A stretch of DNA of 55,332 bases, filler included, from Basidioascus undulatus (taxonomy: Eukaryota), in the NCBI GenBank assembly GCA_000826855.1. It is 3 parts of 3 records of this genome, joined end to end, with 100 filler letters (N's around TTAATTAATTAA, not from the genome) between each part and the next. Parts side by side here need not be neighbours in the genome. Positions count along the whole stretch, not along the records: positions 1 to 18,408 come from JTLS01000466.1; 2 more parts are not named here. The stretch is one strand, 5' to 3'. Shown one piece after another: positions 1-12,112 of this stretch. The notes under the pieces were generated by a model, which was not told where the DNA came from, searched no databases, and saw only the letters and a list, made by a program, of their open reading frames with translations. The stretch's first letter is position 1. Each line of letters opens with the position of its first letter. Made by a program: the position numbers and the translations under genes.

Positions 1-14
1 GAATAAAGTTATAT

Positions 15-1929
15 TCATTTCTGCCGGATGGTTTGTATAGACCTGGGGAAAGGCTGGGGCGGCGGGTGGGAGGGCTCAAACTTGATCGCGCGGATGGGGA
101 TGCGTGACTGCGTGCGCTCCTTCCCGCCCGCCTCGGCGGGGACGACTCCTCCGCTCAGGAGGAGGATGTGCGTGAACTGGCCTTCCTCCGCGACGTACTG
201 CTGCAGCGCGTCGATCGCGAGCGCCTTGTGCGTGCTCATGTTGTGCGCTTCTTCGCGCCGCTGCCGCGCGGGCTTGTCGACTTGCTTGCCCGCCGAGTCG
301 CGGCAGCAGCCGTTGCAGATGTCCTTATGGCCGTGGTTCTGTAACCGCAGAATTCGTTCGAAGTCAGGTTTGGGTCTGTTTGGAGGCCTGCACGAGAAAA
401 GACACACCTCGTGGCCGCAGTGAGCGCAGATCCAGTCGCCGGGCCCTGTTCAATTCCGTTTCAGCCATGAGTTTTCTCAAGGACCAGGTCCAAAAAGGCT
501 TGCGAGTCCAGTCTTGTATCGCTGCGACAGAAATCACCTAAGTCCCGTAGCTGACAGACCCCAACGTGAGGAAACGACGAACCGATATCCTCGCGCTCGA
601 GACGGTGCATGTGGTCCTACAGGACGATGCTGTCAAGTCAGCTCTGTAATCCTAGACATCCCCCTCAATATTATGTGTCGACTTGCCCAAAACATCTTCG
701 GTGCCACCCTGCCGTTGTCCGGGCAAGTGAGGCCGCGTTCCCTCGCGATGACCACCGGGTCGAGCACGTCGCCCTCGGAGAGGTAGACGACGACGGGGAG
801 GAAGGCGACGCGAGCGTAGCCCGTTTTGCGGTCGATGCCGGATAAGTTCTGTGGACAGGGGCGGGTGGAGTTGGGAAGGGGCCGAGAGTGGCGGGGAAAG
901 ACAGTCAGAATTGTCTTCGAAGCCGAGGGTCGAAGGACATTGTACGCACCAGGAGCTGCTCTTGGTCCGTAATGATCATTGGAGGAAGGGGGTGGCCGAG
1001 GTACTGCAGCAGGGCGACGTCTGGTGAAATTGTTTGTGAATGGGTGTTCGTCTCCAAGTGGAAAACGGAAGCATCCACTGACGAGGCTGCGCTCCAGAAA
1101 GATTGTCCGACCGCCCAACAGGACCGAGTCCCCTAGTCGGAGAAGGAATGGAGGTAGGGCGTTGCGTGCCGCATCTGTCCGGTACCAGCATGAGAAGTCA
1201 GCGCCTTGTACTCCCACGACAGCTGGATTCAAATCCTCACCCAGAGCACAAGAGATTGCGTGCAAAATTGTGCCGCGAACAGTGCGTCGCCGCGCATGTC
1301 CAGTCGCCCTGTTTCTTCCACGTATGCCTCTCAGTCTCCCCTCCTACCCCTTCAGACTTCCCGTACGTACGCACCGACTGGTGGCGGAGCGCGGGCGCGA
1401 GCGCAACATCCCCGCCGGTGAAGAGGCCCTCCGAGGGGCCCTGCCTGCCGAAGTCCGTAGGGCGACCAAGACCGGCCAGAACTTCGTACGAATTCTTTGG
1501 GAAGAACGGAGAGGTGAGTTCTTTTCCATTGGTGGAGTATGGGCGTGACTGACGTTGGGCACACTGCGAGAAGACGACACGATAGTCAGTTTCGAAACGC
1601 GAGCGACTGTATTACCGTGTTGACTCAGTGCTTACCTCGCATTGCGGAAGTGAGCATAGGCAAGAGGCGGCCCAGGGCCCGAGGTCGTCGTCGCGCTGCG
1701 CTCGATGAGCTGCCTGCGCGCCGGAGGGAACGCGTCCTGTAGAAGCTCATGAATAGATGTTGCGGTCGAGCTTTCCACCATCAAGAGTGCTGACCTGAAC
1801 TGCCCGTGGGTGAGCCATTTGGGTGGCAAAGTCGACTCGCGGGGCAGCTGGAGGCTGCTGCCAAAAGGCTAAAGGCGCGATAGTGGGAATTGTTATGGTC
1901 GTCGCGGGGGCGTGGCTGAGGATGTTCAT
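15..1929 (-). CDS. Multi-exon hypothetical protein with a C-terminal RanBP2-type zinc finger (5' exon structure uncertain)
   Basis: Splicing exon 445-408 to exon 338-15 across a GT..AG intron (407-339) gives PGDWICAHCGHE|NHGHKDICNGC, an exact W-x-C-x2-C-x3-N-x6-C-x2-C match. Upstream coding-like segments lie near 690-845, 1375-1500 and 1795-1929. The ATG at 1929 is tentative. Confidence 0.55.
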
Positions 1930-4900
1930 TGATATCGAAGACGACAAAGACTCGAAATACAAGAGGCGGTGTCAGTCCAGATGGTGGTTGAGAGAAGAAA
2001 AGGCCGCTGGAGCTGTTCACGAGGCTGGATGAGAGCAGGGGGACAAGGGAGCACCTCGTGTGCAAAACGTGTGTCGGGCAAGCCGTGGGGCGCTCCAGAG
2101 CTCTACTCAGCGTTGAACGAGAGAAAGGAGTCAGGTGGGAAATGGTGTGTGTGCGTATATGCGGTGGAGTGTTGCGGGCCGGGAGCAGGCAGCGCGTGCA
2201 ATCCCACTCCGCTGCAGTCTCAGGGCGGACCTCGCCGTGAGGCGTCTGCAATTGCGCGAAGTGTGTCGTTCGGGTGTTCTGGACTTACTTGCGTACCCAC
2301 AGGCAGCCGGGGACCCCAGAGATAAGGCATTTCGCAATCTTTTGCGGAAGTGGCGGCCCACAGTATCAACAGATAGACAGATTGCAGATGGTTGCGGGAG
2401 CAAAGAGAAGGATGTTAAGGATTCTGAGGAACACTGGGCAAGGCATAAAGAGGTTCATGCAGGTCGCGCAATCAATTCCGCAGGAACCAACAGGAACCAC
2501 AGAGACTCGGGCGAGTGAACGGGAGACCACCTGTGGGCAACGTGGGCAACGACGGGCGGACAAACCGACTGACAGACGGAATGTTCCTTAATTGAGAAAT
2601 GCCGAAGATGCTTGAAGATAAGGGGCGCATATAAGGTGCGCAGGTACGAGCAGGTCTCCCGGGCACAAGCCGTTTGAAAAAAATTGGAGAAGTTCCTCGG
2701 CTAGCTGGTGCGCAAGTTGCAGATAGGTAGGCTGGATAGAAAAAAGGAGGGCATATGGTGCTCGACCCAGTGCTGAAACCCGTCCTGGCGTTTTCGAGAA
2801 ACTGTCCCAATGAACCAAAATTACCATTAAGCAGCCTGGAGTATTCCTTACATGTCTTTCCATCCACGTGCGAGAACAGCGGACGAAGTCCTGGGAAACA
2901 TGATATTTGGCAAAAGCTGGCTAATCTGCAACGGCGCTGCGCTGCTTTGCATTCTCTCTGGTACTCCCGTTGCTACCATGGAGCAGATGCAGTAGGTTTC
3001 CCAGTTCCTTTTATTTCTGTAAAAAATGCGCACCTTAGGTATTGCCAGAGAAGGCAGACAACGTCCGAGCCTGCGAAGAGGTCTCCCTATCTTCCCATGA
3101 CGATATTGCATTCTTCCAGTTTACTACTACCATTAACATGGAATCCCATTCTTCTACCTTGGTATACCGCAGGGCATTCAGACTAAAGCGAGCTTCAAGT
3201 CTCAATCTCAGCTCACCACATTCCAGTCGTCCAGCATCCGCATGCGCACCGGACCGCGCGCTCGCCAGTCCACGTCACTCTCTCCCTCTTTCCCCCACAC
3301 CCAACGCACTCACCATTTCTCTCTCATACCACACACCCCTCCACAAGCTTTACGGAGCTAGCACTAACGCCCGTGTCACCGCGTCGTTCTACGGAGCTAC
3401 CTTCCCGAAGATTACTTTTCACTAAAGGCGCCAGCCATGCAAGCGCTCTCAAGTTGCTCTACGGAGCTGTCCAAGATTTGTTGAGCTTCACAGAGGCTGG
3501 TGATCCTGTGCTCCTTATCCCCGGCACCCCGTGTGTTCTCCGGATCGCAGGGCGGCAACCCTCTCCACGTACCTCCCAAGCGCCTCCTCATCCTCACCTC
3601 CCCTTTTCGTATCTTCCTTCGCCGGAGATACCCCTCCACCCAACATGGGAGAATCTCAAATTATACTAACACGCTCTACGGAGTCTCAGGGCGCTCATCC
3701 ACAAGCCTACGCAAGCTCGCTCGACGTACGCAGGGCTTTCGAGCTTTCTCTCAATGCGCGCTCCACTGAGCCTGCTCACTCCTCCCTCTTCTAGCGTTTG
3801 AGTTTGCGGTAGGATTGCAAGCTCTACTGTCCTCATTTGCACTGCATATCACAGCAACTCAAGCTCACAGGCGGTCTATGCACTTCCCGCCGAACTGAAA
3901 GCGTGAGTGCGGGCACCAGGGCATGCAGGCGGTGATCGGTAAGCTGCTGAATCTTCTCTCGCAACTCTTCAAAGTCTGATTGGGAGGAATAAGAGTGCTT
4001 GCCGCCGTGACTGAAAAACAACATCGCACTTTTTATCACTTTTACTTCAAAGTTGCCGTCGGGCACCCTAGGGAGCACGCATGAGTTCAGTCGGGGCCAG
4101 TCTCAAGCCCCTTGAAAGACCTATTCGAAACACCCAACAGGTCCAGCCTAACAGAAGCAACAATGCGGTCCTGCCATGTGCTGAGGAAGCTGAAACTTGG
4201 TACTCGAAGGGTAGAACACCAATGCGCTACAACTCGTGTACAAGCGGTATATGATCAGGCTTTACCAGAATTCATGTCCACGCGCCACGAGGCGGTCGAG
4301 CTCCAGCGGCAGAACAGCCTCGAGCGAGGGTAGCGTGCTAATGAACACCGGGAACGCTTCGGCTTGGAGATGAGACGGCTGAAAGGACAAGAGGTGCGAG
4401 AGGTGCGAGAGGAGGTACCTGAGTTGCAGGGAGGTCCCTGACAGGAGCGTGAGCAGGTCTTGTCCGTCTGTGAGGGCGTGCACGCGGCGAACTGGAGGCA
4501 CGTCAAGCGTTGTTCTACGAGCGCTGGGTGTAGACAGGGGAAGCTGGTGAGCAAGGGGACACCTGCCGATACGTGCGAGCGCCGATGCGGATTGGCGGCC
4601 ATGTCCGCTTCGAGCTTGTCCATCGCGAACGAGCGGTGCGCGAGAAACGTCTCGTACAGCAATCACCGCAAGCGCCCGCATCAATCAAAGAACACGATCC
4701 ATCCATCATTCAAGAGTCATCAGTTGGAAGTGCGATCCCCTTTCTTCGGTCGTCTCTGCACTCGGGTCGATCCGGATCTGCAAGATTTCACCCAGGTCAT
4801 CCGTATACTCCGTGACAGGCTGGCAGGTCACAAGGTAAGTTGCAGAAAGACTGCTTCACATGGACAATGGTAGCATACCCTAAGCCAGAATGGATGTTGG

Positions 4901-6328
4901 AGCTCGCACATGCGCAGGCTGTAGCAGCCTTGACGCCAGCACTTGCGACCGCTCCCACTCCAGTCAGCCAGGTCTCCCTGTCGATCCTCCTTAGCCACTT
5001 ACTAGATCGCGTGTGATATCGTCGAGACCCCCTTCTTCCATGGCCTCGCGGATATCTCGAATTGTGAATGAGCTATTCGCCCGAACACACCTGTGGTCAA
5101 CATTCCTCTCAACCAGTTCTGGTACAGTGCTCACTAGCCGTTCATCCATTGCCGGAACGGGACATCTTCCGGCGTGCCATCCTCCCCCGTGCAGGTCGCC
5201 AGCTACCAAGCCCAGCCAAGATTTAGTCCAGGAACCGCTGGAAGGTCCGGAACCCACCCCCTTGCCTCTATCGGCCAGTTCATGGCTCGCCTTTGAAATC
5301 TGGGTTGGAGGGAGATCAGCCAGCTGCGCGACCGGAATGCACGGCGGAGGGAGCAGGCGCACTCCTGGTTGCGGGGATCAGAGCCAGGATAGGGTTGATT
5401 GAACCTGAATGGACGCCATTAACATGGCAAAGAGATTTAGCGACCATCTCAGACTCACTCAAACATCTGCCTCAGGATGTTCTCCCGCGAGGGCTGTGTC
5501 CCGTTTACCTCCATGACCGGCATGTTGGGCCCCCGCGGCTCTCTGATTGACGAAAAGCCGGGGATGTGGTCGGTTGAAGCGCCGTGAGATTGAAGAAAGG
5601 GTGGACAACTGGCTGAGGTGGGCAAAAGAGGGAAGAGTTTCGGACGCAGCGGCGCCAATCTTTCGTAACACAAGACCATGCCAGTACCGACGGCCCGAGA
5701 CTCTGTGCCGAAGCGGCATAATAATGGCTGTGCTCTAAACTTTGTTGTACATCGTTGCCAAAGGGTCCGTTAATATGAGCGTTGGAATCTGCAGTGTGGT
5801 TGTAGCGGTGCTTTCTACTGTAAAACGTCTATCCTCCGTGATCCAACAGCGGAAGACAGGCTTTTGGAGAACAGAAGAGCTCAGTGAAAGTAAGGAACAT
5901 GCTTGGTTCGAGCTGGCTGTTGCTCTGAACCGTTGCAGCCGTGTTTCAATGTACGCGGCCCGCAACGTTGAGTATAGTTTGGTGAACAGTACATCTCTGT
6001 CCTGACTCCCAAGTCCTTGGGACAAGGCATTACTTTTGTTCTTGAATACCCAAAAGGTCTAAATTGCGCCAACTTGGCGAACCATGCCTCACACTTGCTC
6101 CAGCTGTCCGGTCTCACTGGCAGGTTTCCCACGAGCCAATGATTTCTGAGAAACTACCATTACAAACTTCATCTTCTGTTTGTTTAATGTGCAATTCGGG
6201 TGAAACTCTAACCACGCTCGGGTTTGAACATGAAGTTTGACGCTTAATCCTCGTGGTAGCCTTCACTACTCGTCTTCCCCGTTCACGCGTCTTCTCTCAC
6301 CGCCATCTTCCCATCTCCGGCAATTACA

Positions 6329-7367
6329 ATGCCGACACTCGACGTACCGAGCTCATCCTCCAAGTCATCCTCACTGTTAATATCACCAAGCGACTCCCCG
6401 GACGCCGCCAGCCCCACTGTCCCTGAGCTTCAAACGCTCACGCACGCCGCCGCCCGCCTGCAGCGCATCACCATTACGCCGACGCCGCACCTGGTTCTCA
6501 AGACGCGTCTCCTCCACAGCGTCGCGACCTATTCGGCCAACTCCAAAGTCTTTATTAACCTCGCCTCGCACTCCGTACTGCCGGCCCGCGGGCCGGCGAG
6601 CGTGAGCGCCCCGCGCGAAACGCGCGACAAGAAGGGCGAGCCGAGCGTGGTGGTGGATTGGGTTGCGGGAGATGAGGTATTCAAGGGCTGGGCGTCCGGG
6701 GCAGAGGGTAATGTGGGAAGTATGGTGGAGACTGCGTCCAGGGCGGTCGCGGAGGTTGGAGAAAGGCTGGGATGGGAACTCGATCCGAGTGCGTGCGCGT
6801 TATTCGATCTCCCATTAAGGCCTGGCTTGGCTTACAGATGGGAGGAACGAGTAGACTTCACCTCACCCAACATGCTCTCGAAGGGGCCTCTTCCTCCGAG
6901 AGAGGTCGTCATTCCCGTTCCCTCATCGGGTTCAACTTCCTCCCGCATTGCCGAGCTCCCCTCTTCGTCCTCGATCAAACCCGTCAAGCCCTCCGCACCA
7001 CCTTCGAAACCAGCAGAAACGCCCTCCTCCGCGAAGAAGCGGACCGCGCCCGCTATCAATCTCTCTCGACCTGACGCGTCTACATTGATTGTTACGCTTC
7101 TCGTTCCTGAACTCGTCCGTCGCTCCACTGTTTCATCGATGCCGGCCGTTTACTTACGCAAGCACGGCTCCGCAGACTCGTTCCAGCTACGACAGCGCCG
7201 CTCTTGATGTTGAACCCCACCGCCTTTTGTTCTCCTCGGACCACTACGCGCTCGACCTGCCGCTTCTCTCTGGTGTGGGTCGGGGGCTGGATGTTGAGAG
7301 CGTGGAGGCTGAATGGCTGGTCGGCAAGGGGGAGATACGGGCGAAGGCGAGGGTATTTAATGAATGA
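6329..7367 (+). CDS. PIH1: PIH1-family (Pih1/Nop17, R2TP co-chaperone) protein
   Basis: N-terminal ITPTPHLVLKT..KVFINL..PRETRDKKGEPSVVVD matches the PIH1 domain pattern. C-terminal CS-like segment LIVTLLVPEL|..ALDVEPHRLLF..YALDLPL. Introns at about 6793-6837 and 7114-7175; stop at 7365-7367. Confidence 0.75.
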
Positions 7368-7695
7368 TTTGACGGTGACAGTGAAACGACTATTCCTGCA
7401 GTGCGTTGACGATTTGGGCCTTGACCTTCCGCTTCGCGAGCCCGACGCCGAGGACTTAGGTCCCCACCCCACCATCATGCTCTTCGTACCATGCCATTGA
7501 ATTCCAGCGCTTGCTGATCGCTCATCCCGGCTACCCGACTATGGGGTTATGACAGCAATGTGGCTGTGTGTCAGACCAGGCACACGTCCCCACATCGTCT
7601 TCTCAGACCACTTTTTCTCCTTCCTACTCCATCCGTAAAACCTATTTTAATCAAAATGCGCATTATATACCGGCCGCCCATTACTGATTGCCCCT

Positions 7696-9267
7696 TCAGC
7701 ACACAGTCGACAAATCCAACCCGCCCTTCCCGTGCGCCGGGTCTTCCTTGAGGACCTCCTCGATCTCTAACGGCAGGCTCTCGAAGAAGTGCTCGTTGCT
7801 GTGCCTGGGCTTCCAGCCCAGCTTGCGGGAGCGCACCGCCCTGGCGCGGGAGCTGCAAAGTAAAAAAAAAAAAAAAAAGTGAGACGATCAGCTGTGCCTC
7901 CCGGACCGCTGGCTGCAGCTCAGGGCGTACTTCGACCCACTACCACACCAGAAAATAAATAAGCAGAACGCTCTGTAGGTTAGTTGAAATAGGGAACGTA
8001 CAAAGCGATATTAGCAAACTCCTCCGACCCCATAGTCAGGGCGTCCCCGGCCGCCTTCAAGCTAGGGAACGGTGTCGCCTGATCGGAGTCCACAAGCTTG
8101 AGCGCATGCATCGCCTTAGCGAGCGACTCTGCAAGCTGCTTCCACGTTCGCTCGCCCGTCTCGGCAAAGTAGTACCCGTGCTCGCCGTCCGTCGCTTCGC
8201 CCTTGAGCGCTTTGTCCAGGAGGAGCAGGTACAGGTCGGTGAGATCGGAGATGTGGATGTGCGTCCATGCCTGTTGGCAGGGGAGTCTTAGGAGTGGTAG
8301 GGGGAAGGAGGTGGTTGAGAGGAAGAGACGGACGGAAGCGCCCTTGCCGACGTATTGCACTTTGCGGGAGTGGAGGGCGGCGCGGATGAGGGTGGGGACC
8401 TGTCCGGCGATCGTGAGTGTCGAAGACTGTGGACTGCTTTTAGCTGCATACCTGGTGAGAGGTCCGATTGATGGGCCCAGCACCGACGCCGTCTGATATT
8501 AAGCAGATTTTTAGCACGAGTAAAGGGGAACCTTTGATGGGGAAAGCTCACAGATCGTTGGCGGGACGACGATGAACGCCTTGATCCCGCTCTCCTTGGC
8601 AGCCTCCACGATGAACGTGTCCACAGCGCGGATGTTGTAGCTCGCGTCCTTCTTCTCGACCGCGTAGATGTTGTCCGTGTCGGGGTAGATTTCCTCGGAC
8701 AGATACTCCTGTCAGAACTCCCCAAATTTTCAGCTCCAGCAACAGGCACACAAAACGAAATGTCGCAGCGCACTCCTGCAGCCCGGTCCGCGAGCGTGCT
8801 CGTGCCGCTCGTCTGCTTAGCGCGTATCTTCAGCAAGTGTTGGGGTTGATGGGGTGGTGGGACGTACGTGAATAAGCAAGGCCTGCTTCCCCTGCTGCAC
8901 CCTCCTCGCCAGCCCCGCAACAATTGCCTTCGCCCCCCTCAGGTGCTGTGCCGACGCGCAATGAATAACCACTGTCGCACTCACACTCCCCCTCAGTCAC
9001 ACCTTCCCCCTCTGCCCCCTCCCCACGAAACTCACCGTCGTACTCGCTCACCACCCTCGCGATATCGTCCACGTCCGCCAAATCCGAATGGAACGGCTCG
9101 ACCCCCAGGCCGAACGCCTTGACCGCGTCCGCGTGCTCCTTGCTCCGCACGAGCGCGTCGATCGAGCATGTCGCGGCGTGCGGGGAGGAGAGGAGCGCGC
9201 GGAGGAGAGAGCCGCCGATGTACCCGGAGGCGCCGGTGAGTAAGATCTTGGTCTTGGTGCCCGACAT
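7696..9267 (-). CDS. NAD(P)-binding Rossmann-fold protein, atypical SDR / NAD-dependent epimerase family
   Basis: N-terminal KILLTGASGYIGG, then TSGTS, VVPPTI, WTHIHISDLTDLY, HGYYFAETGE and C-terminal GSNSRARAVRSRKLGWKP. Multiple GT-AG introns, including a 9-nt microexon at 7931-7939. Confidence 0.9.
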
Positions 9268-9646
9268 GTCGTTGGAGAGCGGCTTGGTGGGCGAGAAGAT
9301 CGTCGAGGGAGCTGAAAGTGAGGGAGAGGCTCGGTGGAGGTTGCGTCATCAAGTGCGCACTGGCCTGAGATTAGTGTCCGCTTTCGGGGTCTGGCACTTT
9401 CTACAGCATCCAAAATAGGAAGCGGATTGCTATGAAGTGCAGAGGGAGCGAAGCAAAGACATGGGAAGCCGGTGCCTTGCGATAGAGAGCGTGGTAACAC
9501 AGTAATGTGACTGCGGAGTCGCCATGTTGAAGCTTACACTATCAAAGCCGACAGACTAAACAGTTGTTCGTTAGAGTTTTAGGCTGGGAAGCCGGCGGCC
9601 CTTCGAAATATATGAACATATGGGACACCGAGAACCAAAGCACAAG

Positions 9647-9719
9647 GGCCGCTTAACTCAGTTGGTAGAGTGTTTGCTTAACACGCAAAATGTCGCAGGA
9701 TCGAGCCCTGCAGTGGTCA
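9647..9719 (+). tRNA. tRNA-Val(AAC)
   Basis: Cloverleaf: acceptor GGCCGCT/AGTGGTC, D arm ACTC..GAGT, anticodon arm TTTGC-TTAACAC-GCAAA, T arm GCAGG-ATCGAGC-CCTGC. T-rich tract downstream. Confidence 0.93.
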
Positions 9720-10169
9720 TTCCCTTTTCCCAAACCTGCCACTCATACCAGTCCCCAACATATGCCTAACTGGCGCACTTTTGCAGCAGGAACGTCACAA
9801 CTCGGATCTTTAGATGTGAGAACGCTGATGTAGACTGGGTGTCTATGGCGGTACCGTCGGACAGCGCCTGTTTCACGTCTTTCGAAAGGCAGCGGCCGGT
9901 CAAGCCTACAGGATCCTGGATCTTCTACCTATGGCCCCCAGGCAGCACAGGAGCCAACTGTGAAGGACACCGTCCTGCCAAAGCTGGACTCCCCCCGTCC
10001 GAGCACGCCACCTGCCCGCTCATTTAGTCAACGCGACAGTAACCAACAGCAACAGAAAGACTGAAGTCCATTGATGTGAGAGGTACATGCAGTGATGCGA
10101 GAGTGCCATGCGGTTGATGCGAGCGAGAGGCGAAAGAGACTATTGGAAGAGAGTGCGGGTGTCCGGCGC

Positions 10170-10930
10170 TCAGACGAGCTCGTCCAGCCCCTCAGCGCCT
10201 GTTCAAGGGGAATCCGCTTAGCAAGTATAGGGACCGCAGAAGGCGACTGAACAGCTCACAGAGTCCGCACGCGCAGCATTCGAGGCATGCGAGACCGCCG
10301 AGGCATGCGCAGGTGTAGCAGGGACAGCAGATCTGCTCGGACCGGTTGGGGTTGTGCGGTCAGCACAAAGTGGGGGAAAGGGGATTAGATGGGGAGGAGG
10401 TGGTGGAAGGAAACATACGGGGTTTTGGAATGCCCCGCGGCAGCAGCATGCCGCGAGGGAGATGCCCGCGAACATGATGAGTATGAGACCAACAACGACG
10501 GCAATGATCACCCATCTGATTGCGCCCCCCAGCACACTTTCAGCTCATCAGGCTCGTGCAGAAATCAAACGAGAAATACCCACAGCTTGTGCGAAGTGAA
10601 GGTGCTCTCTCCCCCGCTTCCGTCCCCCGCGCTCTGGCGCTTCCACAGCCCGACCTCTCCCCCGAGCCATTTCCCCATGGGGATTGCCTCAGCGACTTTG
10701 CCCGGCGCGACTAGAAGCGCGAAGAGCGAGAGCGAGACGGTGAGGAACACGAGGGTGCCGAGGAGCAAGAGGAGCCAGCGGCGCCGGCGGCAGCCGCCGT
10801 GGGCGCAGCACTTGGGCGTGCGCGCGGAGGGAGAAGGGCGGGGGGAGGGGTGGAAGGAGGGAGGCGGGATTTGGAGCGGTGGGAGGGTCGTGAGCTTCTC
10901 GCGGAGGGGGGAGGAGCGGAGGGGGGACAT
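10170..10930 (-). CDS. Small two-TM membrane protein with a cysteine-rich C-terminal tail
   Basis: Four exons splice with GT-AG into ..WLLLLLGTLVFLTVSLSLFALLVA..LWKRQ..|WVIIAVVVGLILIMFAGISLAACCCRGAFQNP|ICCPCYTCACLGGLACLECCACGL|CAEGLDELV*. Confidence 0.75.
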
Positions 10931-11451
10931 TGTTGAGCGAGGAGTTCGAGCGTGAGCAAAAGAGCGAAAGAACGTGGGCTGTGATTGAAATCGAAAGAGG
11001 AGGATGAAGGAAAGGCAGGAAGAGATGATCGTGGGTGAAGTTCAAGAGGCAGGTAAAGGCGGGAGGAAGTGAACCCTTGACAAAGAGAGCAGGTGAAAAA
11101 TAGAATGAAAGGAGTGTGCAGCGGCAGCTGCGCGCTGCGGGCGTGTTTCGTGGCGGTGCACGCGACGTTGGATCCGCGCCTGCGCGTTCTGCTGCTTTTG
11201 CGGTCCAATAAACGTGCTGGAAGACGCACAAAGTGGTTAAGGCAGGCGTGCAGGCTGTGTGCAAGGTTGAAGTTTCGTCGAACGGTAAACAAATTCGAGA
11301 ACCAGACGCGAAACGGCTCAGAATTGATGTGTAAACGACAGCAATCGCGCTCGCGTGCTCCACCCTTCGCCGCCTTGTCTCGGGGGCGATATGAGCCGGC
11401 AGCCGAGGGTGCTCACCTTTCTCCCTCGAACCATCATCACCTTCTCCTGTA

Positions 11452-11737
11452 ATGCCCTTCATTGCGCCCTCCGCACCAAAGTGCGCACGATGCGCCAAGT
11501 CTGTTTATGCGGCTGAACAGGTGCGCGAGCTGGAGCTGAACGGGGGACGAGGCTGACGTGAGTGGGGCGGTGTAGGTGGTGGGGCCGATGGCGAAGGTGC
11601 GTTTTGTTGGATGGGTGAATGGTGAGGGTCAGGTGCTGATGGGGATGGGGGAGCAGATCTATCACAAGCCGTGTTTGGCTTGCTCGGCTTGTGGCAAGCG
11701 GCTGGACAGTACGACGCTCGTCGAGCCCGAGGGCGAG
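11452..11737 (+). CDS. LIM-domain (CRIP/CRP-like) gene, 5' part only; last Zn ligands missing
   Basis: Exons 11452-11520 (MPFIAPSAPKCARCAKSVYAAEQ), 11576-11596 (VVGPMAK) and 11657-11737 (IYHKPCLACSACGKRLDSTTLVEPEGE). No downstream YCxxC exon is visible. Confidence 0.8.
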
Positions 11738-11784
11738 GTGCGTCCGCGTCTCCTGTCCTCCACCCCGCCGCCCTCCCCCCCGCA

Positions 11785-12112
11785 CGCACAAGAATCCTAC
11801 AACCTCCTCCTCACCACAAAGCACATCCACCTCGTCCCCCGCCGGGCGAGGGACTGTGTTGTGCCCCTCTCCCCTTCCTCCTCTTCCTCCCCCTCCTCCT
11901 CCGCCTCTCACTCTTCCGGGGAGGTGAAGGTGAAGGGCACGAGCTTCGGGACGCTCTTAGAAGGCCGTGGGGAGGGGTCGCGCCCGAGCTGGGTCCTCGG
12001 CACGAACAGCCTGGGCCTTGCGGGGCTGTTCTTTGTGGACCCGGGCAAGGTTGACAGTTTGAAGGAGTTTGGGGTCGGAGAGGTTTGTCGGGCGGTTGGG
12101 TATGCGGTATAG
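11785..12112 (+). CDS. Ap4A phosphorylase / ATP adenylyltransferase (Apa1/Apa2-like), C-terminal domain only
   Basis: SYNLLLTTKHIHLVPRR...LGTNSLGLAGLFFV..LKEFGVGEVCRAVGY matches the ATP_transf C-terminal pattern (SYNLL.T..W..LVPR; NSLGFAG). The N-terminal catalytic HIT-like part is absent. Confidence 0.7.

Noticed and set aside
2250..6150. LTR or LINE retroelement
   Set aside because: No recognisable RT, integrase or transposase motifs, terminal repeats or target-site duplication.
7862..7878. Poly-A tract as a retroposition tail
   Set aside because: It is the poly-T polypyrimidine tract of the last SDR intron on the minus strand.
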